From positions 1 to 51,668 of the forward strand of contig CAADYQ010000151.1 in NCBI GenBank assembly GCA_900753295.1: DNA of 51,668 nucleotides, given 5' to 3'. The notes below the pieces were generated by a model, which did not search any database, was not told the origin of the DNA, and was given only the letters and a program-made list of their open reading frames with translations. This stretch comes from Clostridia bacterium. Lineage in GTDB: Bacteria > Bacillota > Clostridia > Oscillospirales > CAG-272. Of the stretch, positions 16,789-26,495 are shown piece by piece (the stretch's first letter is position 1; each line of letters opens with the position of its first letter). Both the position numbers and the translations under genes were made by a program.

Positions 16789-18621
16789 ATGACGAAAAGA
16801 CTCTTAGCTGTGCTTCTCTGCCTGGTCACACTTGCGACCTTACTTGTTTCCTGCCACGACTCCAAGATCGACGGCAAGGACAACAAGGGTGCAGAGATAA
16901 CCATGTATCTCACCGACATGATCTACGATTTTGACCCTGCCTATGCCTACAACAACGCTTCGGCTCTCAAGGTCTGCTCTCTTATGTTCGATACGCTTTT
17001 TGCGCTGGACAAGAACGGCAAAGTAACTCCGTCTATTGTCGAAAAATATACATACACGAAGGATGACAACAAAAAAGAGTACTCCCTCATGCTCACCTTC
17101 AAGAGCAATAATGCATGGTCCGACGGCACGCCCGTATCGGCTCAGGACGCTGTTTATACATGGAAGCGTCTGCTCGATCCCGAGGCGAGCTTTGAGGCTG
17201 CATCGCTTCTTTATGAGATCAAGAACGCACGCCGCGCCAAGGAAGGCGACTGCTCGATCGACGACATCGGCATTTACGCCGTTGACGAGCTGGTTCTTCA
17301 GATAAGCTTTGAAAGAGACATAAACCTCGATGAGTTCCTTATCAACCTCACGAGCGTTGCTCTTGCTCCTCTGCGCGAGGACATCGTTTCCCGTAACGAG
17401 GACTGGGCGAAGAAGCCCGCGACCATCGCGTGCAGTGGTCCTTTCAAGCTCTATCGTATAAACTACGGTATGCAGGAGAACTCCACTCCCACGATGTATC
17501 TTGAAAGAAACCCCTACTACCGCCGCAATTACGAAAAGGATTACCTTGATGCATCTGTAACTCCCAACCGCATCATTGTTGACTTTTCTCTCACTCCTGA
17601 GCAGCAGCTCGAGGCATTCAACAACGGTGAGATATTCTACGTCGGCAATATAGCTCTTTCCGCAAGATCCGCCTACAAGGATTCCGCAAAAATAAGCAAC
17701 GGTCTTTCCACTCATTCTTACTATCTGAACGAAAATGCCGACATCGCCAAGAAGGACGGCACGACCGAAAAGTTGTTTGCCAACAAGGAAGTCCGTCTTG
17801 CTCTTTCCGCGGCTATCGACCGTCAGAAGCTTGCCGATCTCGTAGTATTTGCCGAAGCCGCGACCGCATTTGTCGCTCCCGGCGTATTTGAGACGACCAA
17901 TGCCAAGACCACCTTCCGCAGCGTCGGCGGCAACATCATCTCTGCCGCAGCAGACACCGCGGCAGCGCAGAGCCACCTTTCCACCGCGGGGATCACTCCC
18001 TCCGACTATTCGTTCTCGATAGCCGTACGCAGCGAAAACGAAGTTCATTGCGCGATCGCTGAGGCAGTTGCCGAAGCATGGAACGCACTCGGATTCAATG
18101 TTACCGTTGACAAGGTAGCCGCGATCGTAAACGATGATATGTATAACGGAGAAGTCGCCACCGATATCAATGACGACATTTTCAATGAGCGTTTTGCTGC
18201 CTGCAAGTTTGAGGTAATGGCTGTTGATGTTTCCGCTTACTCTGCCAACGCATTTTCGATGCTCGCTCCCTTCGCCTTCTCCTTCTCCGGTCAGAAGCTT
18301 GACCTCGAAAAGCCCGAAGGATCGTTTGATTACAACTACATTCTCAATCCGCACAAGACAGGCTACAACAGCGACGCATACAACGCACTGTTTGATGAGA
18401 TAGCCGCCACCACCGATTCAGCAAAACGCGCAGAGCTCCTCCACAAAGCCGAGGCTCAGCTTCTTGAGGATATGCCCGTTATTCCGCTGATCTACAATCA
18501 GGATGCTTACCTCTGCTCCAAGGACCTCAGCAAGGTCGAAAGCAGCTACTACGGCTTCCGCATTTTCACAAAAACAAAGCAGAAGAACTACACTAAGCAC
18601 CTCGCTTCGGCTCAGCAGTGA
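16789..18621 (+). CDS. family-5 (peptide/oligosaccharide type) ABC substrate-binding lipoprotein
   Basis: Start at MTKRLLAVLLCLVTLATLLVSC (lipobox), with GAGGAGG upstream. A mature domain of about 590 aa with OppA/DppA-like layout. Confidence 0.85.
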   Translation: MTKRLLAVLLCLVTLATLLVSCHDSKIDGKDNKGAEITMYLTDMIYDFDPAYAYNNASALKVCSLMFDTLFALDKNGKVTPSIVEKYTYTKDDNKKEYSLMLTFKSNNAWSDGTPVSAQDAVYTWKRLLDPEASFEAASLLYEIKNARRAKEGDCSIDDIGIYAVDELVLQISFERDINLDEFLINLTSVALAPLREDIVSRNEDWAKKPATIACSGPFKLYRINYGMQENSTPTMYLERNPYYRRNYEKDYLDASVTPNRIIVDFSLTPEQQLEAFNNGEIFYVGNIALSARSAYKDSAKISNGLSTHSYYLNENADIAKKDGTTEKLFANKEVRLALSAAIDRQKLADLVVFAEAATAFVAPGVFETTNAKTTFRSVGGNIISAAADTAAAQSHLSTAGITPSDYSFSIAVRSENEVHCAIAEAVAEAWNALGFNVTVDKVAAIVNDDMYNGEVATDINDDIFNERFAACKFEVMAVDVSAYSANAFSMLAPFAFSFSGQKLDLEKPEGSFDYNYILNPHKTGYNSDAYNALFDEIAATTDSAKRAELLHKAEAQLLEDMPVIPLIYNQDAYLCSKDLSKVESSYYGFRIFTKTKQKNYTKHLASAQQ

Positions 18622-18632
18622 TCTTCGCAACC

Positions 18633-18681
18633 ACATACATAAGGGGTTGCCGTGCATTGCACGGCAGCCCCTTATGTATGT
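18633..18681 (+). other. 23-bp near-perfect hairpin without a U-tract
   Basis: ACATACATAAGGGGTTGCCGTGC-AT-TGCACGGCAGCCCCTTATGTATGT with one G-U pair, 12 nt after the stop codon. Confidence 0.7.
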
Positions 18682-18761
18682 TCTGTCCGGCGGTTACATT
18701 GTTCATTATGCACAATTTGAGCGTGATGATTTATGCATTGTGCCGTAATTTTGAAAAACTA

Positions 18762-18791
18762 TTGACTTTTTAAGCCATAGTGTGCTATAAT
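18762..18791 (+). promoter_or_regulatory. promoter with extended -10
   Basis: TTGACT, 18 nt, TATAAT, preceded by TGC. Confidence 0.5.
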
Positions 18792-18857
18792 TTAATAGTC
18801 AGAAATCAACCTGCAGTTTATGCAGGCACAAATCAAAGAAAGGTTTGGTATTCAATA

Positions 18858-20363
18858 ATGAAGCCACGCATCTCCCGCATCATCGCAATGGCATTTGCGG
18901 CACTTATGCTTCTGTCGCTTGCCTCCTGCGTACAGCCCGGCAATTCGGACGCTACATCCACTGCAGCTCCTTCCGCTGCCACCACAGCAGCCACTCCCGA
19001 GTCTTCTTCCCCCTACAAAGAGGATGACCTCGGTGAAATGAACCTCAATACAACTATCGGAGTTCTTGCATGGTCCGATGTCGAGCACTTTGAGTTCAAC
19101 GAAGAGATCGGCCTTGAAAAGTCGGTGAGCGACCTTGTTCTTTCCAAACTCAACTCCCGTCTCGGCACTGTTCAGAAGAGACTCGGCGTCACGATCGAAT
19201 TCACAGCGATCCCCGGAAACTCCAGCAACTCTTCGTCGTGGAACTCATACCTCGAAAAAGCAATGCAGGGCGGCGACAAGACCTTTGATGTTATCGCCGG
19301 TTATTCCCTTTCCGTTGCTCAGAACGCAGCTTCCGGCTTTCTTTACAACATGCTCAGCGATGAGTGTGAATACCTCAACTTCAATCAGCCTTGGTGGTCC
19401 GAGCTTCTCGTCAAGGAAGCGACCGTTAAGGACAAACTTTTCTTTGCATCCGGCGATATTTCGAGAAACGCTCTCGAAATGATGTATGTATGCTTCGTAA
19501 ACACCAATCTTCTCACCGAATATAACCTTGAGAACCCGCAGAATTACGTTGCAAGCGGCGATTGGACATACGACCAGTTTATTTCCATGTGCAGCGGCGT
19601 TTACAAGGACCTCGATAGCAGCGGTACAAAGAACACCACCAGCACCGAGGGCGACCAGTTTGGTTACATCACCTCCGGTATCCACGTTGACCCTTGGTTC
19701 TACGGATCCGGCGCCACCATCCTTGACAAGGATGCCGACGGCAACCTTATAGTTTCTGATATGTTTGCCGGCGAGCGCGTTGTCAACACCGTCAACAAGC
19801 TCAACCAGTTCCTTTACAACACCGATGACGGCATATACACCTCCAAAGTTACTCACCAGCGCGCTTTCGGTATGGGCCGTTGCCTCTTCATGATGGACCG
19901 CGCACGTGTTTCTCACAAGGTCCTCAAAGCCGAATATGAGGTAGACTATGTTGTCGTTCCCTGCCCCAAGTATGACAAGGACCAGGAAAAGTACATCACC
20001 GTTATGGGCAACCCCTTCACCCTCTACGCTATAAGAAAGGATGCCACCAATCCTAAGGCAGCATCCGCATTCATCGAGTGCATGGCATCCGAGGGCTATC
20101 GTCAGGTCACCCCTGCCGTTTTCGAGCTTCAGTTGAAGACCAGATACGTCAACGACCCCATCTCCGGTCAGATGTATGATATCATCCGCTCCAACCTGAC
20201 CTACGACCTCGGTCGTATCTTCGACAAGCCCCTCGGCGGCACCCAGAGCGTATTCAAGAACGCTATTAAAAACAATAATCCCAACTATGCAGCCTCTGCA
20301 AAGCAGTCCTCGAGAATTTTCGAGACTAAGATCCAGGCGCTGATGAATGTATTCAGCAACTAA
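18858..20363 (+). CDS. extracellular solute-binding lipoprotein (paralog of 409..1896)
   Basis: Start at MKPRISRIIAMAFAALMLLSLASC (lipobox). Motifs are shared with 409..1896. Confidence 0.8.
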   Translation: MKPRISRIIAMAFAALMLLSLASCVQPGNSDATSTAAPSAATTAATPESSSPYKEDDLGEMNLNTTIGVLAWSDVEHFEFNEEIGLEKSVSDLVLSKLNSRLGTVQKRLGVTIEFTAIPGNSSNSSSWNSYLEKAMQGGDKTFDVIAGYSLSVAQNAASGFLYNMLSDECEYLNFNQPWWSELLVKEATVKDKLFFASGDISRNALEMMYVCFVNTNLLTEYNLENPQNYVASGDWTYDQFISMCSGVYKDLDSSGTKNTTSTEGDQFGYITSGIHVDPWFYGSGATILDKDADGNLIVSDMFAGERVVNTVNKLNQFLYNTDDGIYTSKVTHQRAFGMGRCLFMMDRARVSHKVLKAEYEVDYVVVPCPKYDKDQEKYITVMGNPFTLYAIRKDATNPKAASAFIECMASEGYRQVTPAVFELQLKTRYVNDPISGQMYDIIRSNLTYDLGRIFDKPLGGTQSVFKNAIKNNNPNYAASAKQSSRIFETKIQALMNVFSN

Positions 20364-20421
20364 ACGATAAAAAATCAAATACGGGTGATTTCACTGGGCA
20401 ATCCTCTAACGAGCCACCCGG

Positions 20422-20465
20422 ATACCGCAAGGGACTGCCGCATGCGCGGCAGTCCCTTGCGGTAT
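20422..20465 (+). other. 20-bp perfect hairpin without a U-tract
   Basis: ATACCGCAAGGGACTGCCGC-ATGC-GCGGCAGTCCCTTGCGGTAT. Confidence 0.7.
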
Positions 20466-20503
20466 ATTATGCTAAAATGTCGATCGTCACGACAGTTTTT
20501 AAG

Positions 20504-20539
20504 GGCTGTTAAAAGCTTGATGCTTTTAACAGCCTTTTT
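20504..20539 (+). terminator. intrinsic terminator
   Basis: 13-bp stem GGCTGTTAAAAGC/GCTTTTAACAGCC followed by TTTTT. Confidence 0.7.
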
Positions 20540-20582
20540 ATATCATTGGGACTTGCTTAAATACGGTCCCGGTTTGCTTCGG

Positions 20583-22367
20583 TTAGTTTCCTTCAGCAGA
20601 CTTGAACTGCGCGCCGTAAAGACCTGCGTAGAAGCCTCCTGCGCTCATGAGCTCGTCGTGTGTACCGCGTTCAATGATCTTTCCGTCCTTCATTACAAGT
20701 ATCATATCGGCGTTTTTGATGGTATTGAGACGGTGCGCCACGATGAACGACGTTCTGCCGCGCATAAGCTCGGCAAATGCCTTCTGTATCTTTATCTCGG
20801 TGCGCGTATCGATAGACGATGTAGCCTCATCGAGTATGAGCATCGGAGGTAGAGCCAACATTACACGTGAAATACAGAGGAGCTGCTTCTGCCCCTGCGA
20901 GAGCTGTCCGCCGTCTTCATTCAGCACGGTATCGTAACCTTTGGGAAGGCGCTTGATGAACGAATGTGCGTGCGATGCGCGCGCCGCCGCCTCTATCTCG
21001 GCGTCGGTGGCATCCGGTTTACCCATTGCGATATTCTCACGCACGGTGCCGGATTTGAGCCATGTATCCTGAAGCACCATGCCGAAGGATGCACGGAGAC
21101 TGCCGCGCGTTATCTCGCGGATGTTCCTGCCGTCAACGGTGATGCTGCCTCCCGTGGTCTCATAGAAGCGCATGAAAAGGTTGATAAGCGTTGTTTTACC
21201 GCAGCCGGTAGGTCCGACCACCGCGACACGCATACCCGGCTTGACGTCAAAATCAATGCCCTCCATAAACGGACGCTCGGTGTAGGAGAATGCCGCGTTC
21301 TCGGCTGCCACGCTTCCCTTTACCGATGCGGGATCTATTGCCACAGCGGACGGGATATCGTCGGGCTCGTCGGGAGTATCAAGAAGCTCGAACACACGCG
21401 CGGCGCTCGCAAGCGAGCTTTGCAGCTCGGCTATAACATCGGAAAGCTCGTTGAAGGGCTTGGCGTAGTTATGCGCGTAGTAAAGCAGGGTGGAGATCTG
21501 TCCCGCGGTCACGAGCGGGTTTGCCACAGCCATAAGACCGCCGGCAAGCGCCACTCCGCAGTATACAAGAGAGTTCACGAATCTCGTTGAAGGGTTGGTT
21601 ATCGAGGAGTAGAACACTGCGCGTGTTGCCGTTTTGCGGTATTCCTCGTTCAGACGGTCGAAATCAGCGGCTATCGCATCCTCGCGCGAGTATGCCTTCA
21701 CGACCAGACCGCCGGAAACGCTTTCGTCTATGACGGAAGTCTGCTTTGCCGCAAGCGTTGACTGCTCATGGAAGAGCGAGAAGGTACGCTTTGATATGAA
21801 TGCCGCCACAAGCATCGAGAGCGGCGTCAGAAGCGCGACAACGAGTGCGACCTTATAGTTTATCACGATCATGAAAACGAGCGTAACTATGATCGACAGG
21901 GCGCTGGAGTAAAGCTCGGTGATACCGGTGACAAGTCCCTCCGACATTCTGTCAACATCCGCGATCATGCGGCTGAGGGTATCGCCGGTGCGATGCGAGT
22001 CAAGATACGAGAGCGGAAGCTTTTCGATCTTTCTTATGCAGTCTGCGCGTATATCACGCGTGACCGCGGCGCCGAGGCGAAGCCCGGCAAGGCGCACGAG
22101 CCAGTCAAACACCGCGCTGAGCAGTGCGAGCAACGGGATAAGAGTCAGTATTTTCAGTATACCCGCCATATCCACGTTGCCGACTCCGACGGCAAGGTCG
22201 ATGGCGTCTCCGACCAGCACGGGAATGAAATGCGCGGCAACTATCGACACGCCGGCAAGTATAAATGCGCCTGCGGCTATCGGGATAAGCGGCTTGCAGT
22301 ATTTAAGGAGGCGTGTCAGCGCGCGGCGGCGCGCCTCGGGCGAGAGCTTTTCCTTTTTCTTAGCCAT
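20583..22367 (-). CDS. ABC exporter half-transporter (fused permease/ATPase)
   Basis: Walker A GPTGCGKTT, signature LSQGQKQ, Walker B LILDEATS. Start at MAKKKEK (22367) overlaps the upstream stop by 8 nt. Confidence 0.9.
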   Translation of the reverse strand: MAKKKEKLSPEARRRALTRLLKYCKPLIPIAAGAFILAGVSIVAAHFIPVLVGDAIDLAVGVGNVDMAGILKILTLIPLLALLSAVFDWLVRLAGLRLGAAVTRDIRADCIRKIEKLPLSYLDSHRTGDTLSRMIADVDRMSEGLVTGITELYSSALSIIVTLVFMIVINYKVALVVALLTPLSMLVAAFISKRTFSLFHEQSTLAAKQTSVIDESVSGGLVVKAYSREDAIAADFDRLNEEYRKTATRAVFYSSITNPSTRFVNSLVYCGVALAGGLMAVANPLVTAGQISTLLYYAHNYAKPFNELSDVIAELQSSLASAARVFELLDTPDEPDDIPSAVAIDPASVKGSVAAENAAFSYTERPFMEGIDFDVKPGMRVAVVGPTGCGKTTLINLFMRFYETTGGSITVDGRNIREITRGSLRASFGMVLQDTWLKSGTVRENIAMGKPDATDAEIEAAARASHAHSFIKRLPKGYDTVLNEDGGQLSQGQKQLLCISRVMLALPPMLILDEATSSIDTRTEIKIQKAFAELMRGRTSFIVAHRLNTIKNADMILVMKDGKIIERGTHDELMSAGGFYAGLYGAQFKSAEGN

Positions 22368-24126
22368 TGACAGCCACCTCCTTGCCGTTTTCCTCATCAG
22401 AGCCGTACTGAGAGAGATATATCTCCCGGTAGACCTCACAATTTTTAAGAAGCTCGTCATGTGTGCCGATGCCGGCAGGCTTGCCGTCCTCGAGCACGAT
22501 TATTTTATCCGCATTCATGACAGATGCGGGACGCTGTGTAACGATAAAGGTCGCGGGGCGGTACTCGGACGCCGCAATATTGCTTCTGAGCTTCAGGTCC
22601 GTGGCGTAATCCAGCGCGGAAAAGCTGTCGTCAAGTATCAGCACATGCGGCTTGCGGATAAGCGCGCGGGCAATGGTAAGTCTTTGCCGCTGACCGCCGG
22701 AGAAGTTTCTGCCGCCCTGTTCCACGGGTGCGTCGAACGCTTCTCCGCCGCGGCTTTTGTCGGTCACAAAGTCAAGGGCGCAAGCCTCGTCAAGCGCGCG
22801 GCGCATATCGTCGTCGGTAGCATCGGGCTTGCCCCAAAGCAGATTGGAGCGCACGGTCCCCGTGAACATCAGCGCCGACTGCGGGACGATGGCTATTTTA
22901 TTCCGCAATGTGCGCGGCGCATACTCGGCGGCGTCGACACCGTCGATCAGTATCTTACCGTCGGTAGGATCGTAAAAGCGCGGTATGAGATTGATAAGCG
23001 TGGATTTTCCCGAGCCGGTACCGCCGAGAATGCCCACGGTCTCGCCGGGCATCACCTTGAAGGACAGACCGTCAAGCGAATCCGCTCCCGCGCCGCGATA
23101 TGCAAACGAGACGTTGCGGAACTCAACGGCGGGCGCGCCCGGAACAGCTTCGGGACAGGGGGTATCCGAGCCGTCCTCGGCAGGAAGTTCGAGCGCGGCG
23201 GAAATGCGGCGGGCGCATGCCGCGGCACGCGAAAGAGTAACGATGAGGTTGGCGAGCTTTACAAGCTCGGTAAGTATCTGCGCCATGTAATTGTAAAGCG
23301 CGATAAGCTCGCCCTGCGTCAGCCTGCCGGAATCAACGGCGGGAGCGCCGCTCTTTACCAGAAGGATTATTCCTATGTTGACGATAACGTACGTCATCGG
23401 GTTCAGAAGCGCCGATATCCTGCCCGCAAACAGCGACGAACGGGTGTATTCGGCGTTCTGAGCGTCAAAATGCTCTATTTCCTCATTTTCATGTCTGAAG
23501 GCGCGGATAACACGCGTGCCGCGCAGGTTGTCGCGCGCGATGCGGGTGAGTCCGTCCAGCTTATTCTGAACCTTTGAATAAAGCGGGATGCCCGACAGGA
23601 TGAGCGTGAAAATAACGGCAGCCAGCACCGGAACGAGTCCGCAGAATATGAGAGCCGAGCGTGAATCGACTGTAAATGCCATTATCACCGAGCCGAACAC
23701 AATAAAGGGCGAGCGCAGCAGCAGGCGCAGTCCGAGGTTCACGCCGCTCTGCAGCTTGTCCGCGTCTGCGGTCAGACGCGTCACCAGTGACGAGGAGCCT
23801 GCGGCATCCGCTTCAGCACGCGGGAGCGCCATTGTGTGCGCAAACAGCTCGCGGCGCACACGGCTGGCAAAGCCGACGGATGCGCGCGCGGAAAAATACT
23901 GAGCGGTGATTGAGAACACCAAGCCGATAGCGCCGAGGAGTACCATAAGCCCGCAGGAGCGCCAGATATAGGCGGCATCTCCGCTGCCCACACCGTTGTC
24001 GATGATATCCTTGACGATAAGCGGTATCATCAGCTCAAGCAGTGCCTCAAGCAACTTAAACAGCGGAGAAAGTACGCAGTCGCGCCTGTATCCCCGCATA
24101 TAGGTCCAGAGTTTTTTCATTTTCAA
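22360..24126 (-). CDS. ABC exporter half-transporter (fused permease/ATPase), partner of 20583..22367
   Basis: Walker A GGTGSGKST, signature FSGGQRQR, Walker B LILDDSFS. Confidence 0.9.
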   Translation of the reverse strand: MKMKKLWTYMRGYRRDCVLSPLFKLLEALLELMIPLIVKDIIDNGVGSGDAAYIWRSCGLMVLLGAIGLVFSITAQYFSARASVGFASRVRRELFAHTMALPRAEADAAGSSSLVTRLTADADKLQSGVNLGLRLLLRSPFIVFGSVIMAFTVDSRSALIFCGLVPVLAAVIFTLILSGIPLYSKVQNKLDGLTRIARDNLRGTRVIRAFRHENEEIEHFDAQNAEYTRSSLFAGRISALLNPMTYVIVNIGIILLVKSGAPAVDSGRLTQGELIALYNYMAQILTELVKLANLIVTLSRAAACARRISAALELPAEDGSDTPCPEAVPGAPAVEFRNVSFAYRGAGADSLDGLSFKVMPGETVGILGGTGSGKSTLINLIPRFYDPTDGKILIDGVDAAEYAPRTLRNKIAIVPQSALMFTGTVRSNLLWGKPDATDDDMRRALDEACALDFVTDKSRGGEAFDAPVEQGGRNFSGGQRQRLTIARALIRKPHVLILDDSFSALDYATDLKLRSNIAASEYRPATFIVTQRPASVMNADKIIVLEDGKPAGIGTHDELLKNCEVYREIYLSQYGSDEENGKEVAVNG

Positions 24127-24234
24127 TTCCTTTCGATCGATCCTAACATCTGAATTACGGGAGATATTATATCATAATATAGTAAAATAATCAATAGGCT
24201 TCGCGTTCATGCGCGGTATTATTCGCTCCACGTC

Positions 24235-24263
24235 TTGACAAAACAGCGCTTGTGAGTTAAAAT
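24235..24263 (+). promoter_or_regulatory. sigma-A-like promoter
   Basis: TTGACA, 17 nt, TAAAAT. Confidence 0.5.
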
Positions 24264-24332
24264 ATTATAAAGGTATTTCCGTCACGGCATTGCCGCCGGA
24301 CGCAAACGGAAAAGAGAGGCAGACAGAGAAAA

Positions 24333-25694
24333 ATGCACTGTGCAAAAAAAGCGATCCGTTACCTATGCGCCATAGCGGCGTGTGCAATACTGTTGCCGTT
24401 GCTCGGATGCGCGGGAAAGCAGGACCCGCCCGTGACCGGGACCAATGACGACATCTCAGCCGGCATGACGCCGGAAAGCACCATTGACACGACCAGTGAG
24501 GAGGAAACCACCGATATGATACAGCCTGCATCCAACGCAGTGAATTACCGCGACAAAAAATGCATGTGGCTCTCGCAATTCGATCTGAACAAGGTCTACA
24601 CAAACGGCGGGAAGCAGCGCGACCGCGCGCAATTTGAAAAATATATAAAAAAGATACTTGCCAACGTAAAGGACAACGGCATAAACACCATCATCGTACA
24701 GGTGCGTCCTTATGCCGACAGTATGTATCCATCGGATGTATATCCCATGTCCTCATACGTTGTCGGAGCTTACGGCAACGAGGCGGACTACGATCCGTTT
24801 GAAATAATAATAAACGAGGGGCATGCGGCAGGGCTTTCGGTCCATGCATGGATCAATCCCATGCGCGCAATGCTCGTAAAAGAGATAACCAAGGTACCGG
24901 AGAGATTCCTCATACGTCAATGGTATAACGACACGGCAAAGCGCGGAAAATATCTTGTCACCGTATCCGACCGCGTATATCTCAACCCGGCATATCCCGA
25001 GGTAAGACAGCTGATAACGGACGGCGCCGCGGAGATACTGGAGCGCTATGCCGTGGACGGTCTGCACATGGACGACTACTTCTACCCCACCACCGATGCA
25101 TCGTTTGACACAGCCGCATACGCCGCGTACAAAAAGGACGGCGGCAAGCTCTCGCTCGCCGATTACAGACGCGAATGCCTTTCGCTCCTTGTGAGCGAGC
25201 TTTACCGCAAAACAAAAGAGGCGGGCAGCGATATCCTGTTCGGCATAAGCCCTGCCGGAAACATCAACACGGTATATGAAAAGCAATACGCCGATGTTTA
25301 CCGTTGGTGTTCCGAGGACGGATATCTTGACTACATCTGCCCGCAGGTATACTTCGGACTTGAGCACCAGACCTATGACTTCAAAAAGGTATCGAACACA
25401 TTTGCGGGAATAATCAAAAACAGCTCGGTAGAGCTTATCATAGGAATGACGCTCGGAAAAGCAAAATCCGGCACCGACCAATATGCCGGGACCGGAAAAT
25501 ACGAATGGCGTGACAACAAAGACGTGCTCGTACGTTGCCTTGAATACACAAAATCGGTAAAGCACTGCTCGGGCGTTGCGTACTTCTGCTACCAGTACTT
25601 TTACGATCCGATAAGCGGAGTATCCGTTACCGAGACAAAGGCGGAGCGCGACAAGTTCATACCGCTTCTCAAAACGATCACATGGAACGAATGA
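24333..25694 (+). CDS. glycoside hydrolase-like 10 (YngK/GHL10-type) lipoprotein
   Basis: Lipobox LLPLLGCAG. TIM-barrel-like region NGINTIIVQVRPYADSMYPS...HAWINP is typical of the GHL10/DUF187 family, from memory. Confidence 0.7.
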   Translation: MHCAKKAIRYLCAIAACAILLPLLGCAGKQDPPVTGTNDDISAGMTPESTIDTTSEEETTDMIQPASNAVNYRDKKCMWLSQFDLNKVYTNGGKQRDRAQFEKYIKKILANVKDNGINTIIVQVRPYADSMYPSDVYPMSSYVVGAYGNEADYDPFEIIINEGHAAGLSVHAWINPMRAMLVKEITKVPERFLIRQWYNDTAKRGKYLVTVSDRVYLNPAYPEVRQLITDGAAEILERYAVDGLHMDDYFYPTTDASFDTAAYAAYKKDGGKLSLADYRRECLSLLVSELYRKTKEAGSDILFGISPAGNINTVYEKQYADVYRWCSEDGYLDYICPQVYFGLEHQTYDFKKVSNTFAGIIKNSSVELIIGMTLGKAKSGTDQYAGTGKYEWRDNKDVLVRCLEYTKSVKHCSGVAYFCYQYFYDPISGVSVTETKAERDKFIPLLKTITWNE

Positions 25695-25736
25695 CATTAT
25701 ACAAGAAAGCAAAAGAAAGGAATCCATCCGAAAAAC

Positions 25737-26495
25737 ATGCTTGAACTGAAACACATCAGCTTTGAAGCGGACGATGCCGCAAACGGCGAAAATCAGACGC
25801 GCGAGATCCTTCACGACATAAGCCTGACGATAGACGAACGGTTTGTGGCAATAACAGGCCCCAACGGCGGCGGCAAATCAACGCTTGCCAAAATAATCGC
25901 GGGCATATATACGCCGTCATCCGGTCAGATATTGCTTGACGGCGCCGACATCACTTCCCTTTCCGTCACCGAGCGTGCGCGCGCGGGCATAAGCTATGCC
26001 TTCCAGCAGCCGGTAAAGTTCAAGGGTCTGCGCGTGCGCGACATTCTTGACCTTGCAGCGGGCAAGAAAAACAATATAGACGAGTCCTGCCGCTACCTTT
26101 CCGAGGTCGGTCTTTGCGCACGCGACTACATCGACCGCGAGCTGAACGCCAGTCTTTCCGGCGGCGAGCTGAAGCGTATCGAAATAGCCACCATCCTTGC
26201 GCGCGGAACAAAGCTCTCGATATTCGACGAGCCGGAAGCGGGGATAGACCTGTGGAGCTTCCAGAACCTTATCCGCGTATTTGAAAAAATGTATGAGACA
26301 ACGCGCGGAAATATCATTATAATAAGTCACCAGGAACGCATTCTCAATATCGCGGACACGATAGTCGTTCTCCGCGGCGGCATGCTCGATGCGGTAGGTC
26401 CGCGAGAGAAAATACTGCCCGGCATTCTCAATTCCACCGCGGCGGGCGGTCCGTGCCGTGTACTGACCGACAGAGTTGAGGGGGTAAAGATATAA
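25737..26495 (+). CDS. sufC: SufC-like Fe-S cluster assembly ABC ATPase
   Basis: Walker A GPNGGGKST, signature LSGGELKR, Walker B IFDEPEAGID. The stop overlaps the next start (TAATG). Confidence 0.7.
   Translation: MLELKHISFEADDAANGENQTREILHDISLTIDERFVAITGPNGGGKSTLAKIIAGIYTPSSGQILLDGADITSLSVTERARAGISYAFQQPVKFKGLRVRDILDLAAGKKNNIDESCRYLSEVGLCARDYIDRELNASLSGGELKRIEIATILARGTKLSIFDEPEAGIDLWSFQNLIRVFEKMYETTRGNIIIISHQERILNIADTIVVLRGGMLDAVGPREKILPGILNSTAAGGPCRVLTDRVEGVKI

Noticed and set aside
16840-18354. Very long antisense ORFs opposite real genes. These include 505..1458, 16840..18354 (504 aa), 19245..20378, 21919..23577 (552 aa), 24753..25814, 29475..31334, 33202..34194 and 41491..43242 (583 aa).
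   Set aside because: Each lies fully inside a confidently identified gene on the other strand. None has a recognisable motif, RBS or promoter, and the translations are low-complexity (Arg/Gly/Val/Ala-rich). Their frequency across the window suggests a codon-usage artefact, where the sense strand avoids codons whose complements are stops, rather than overlapping genes.
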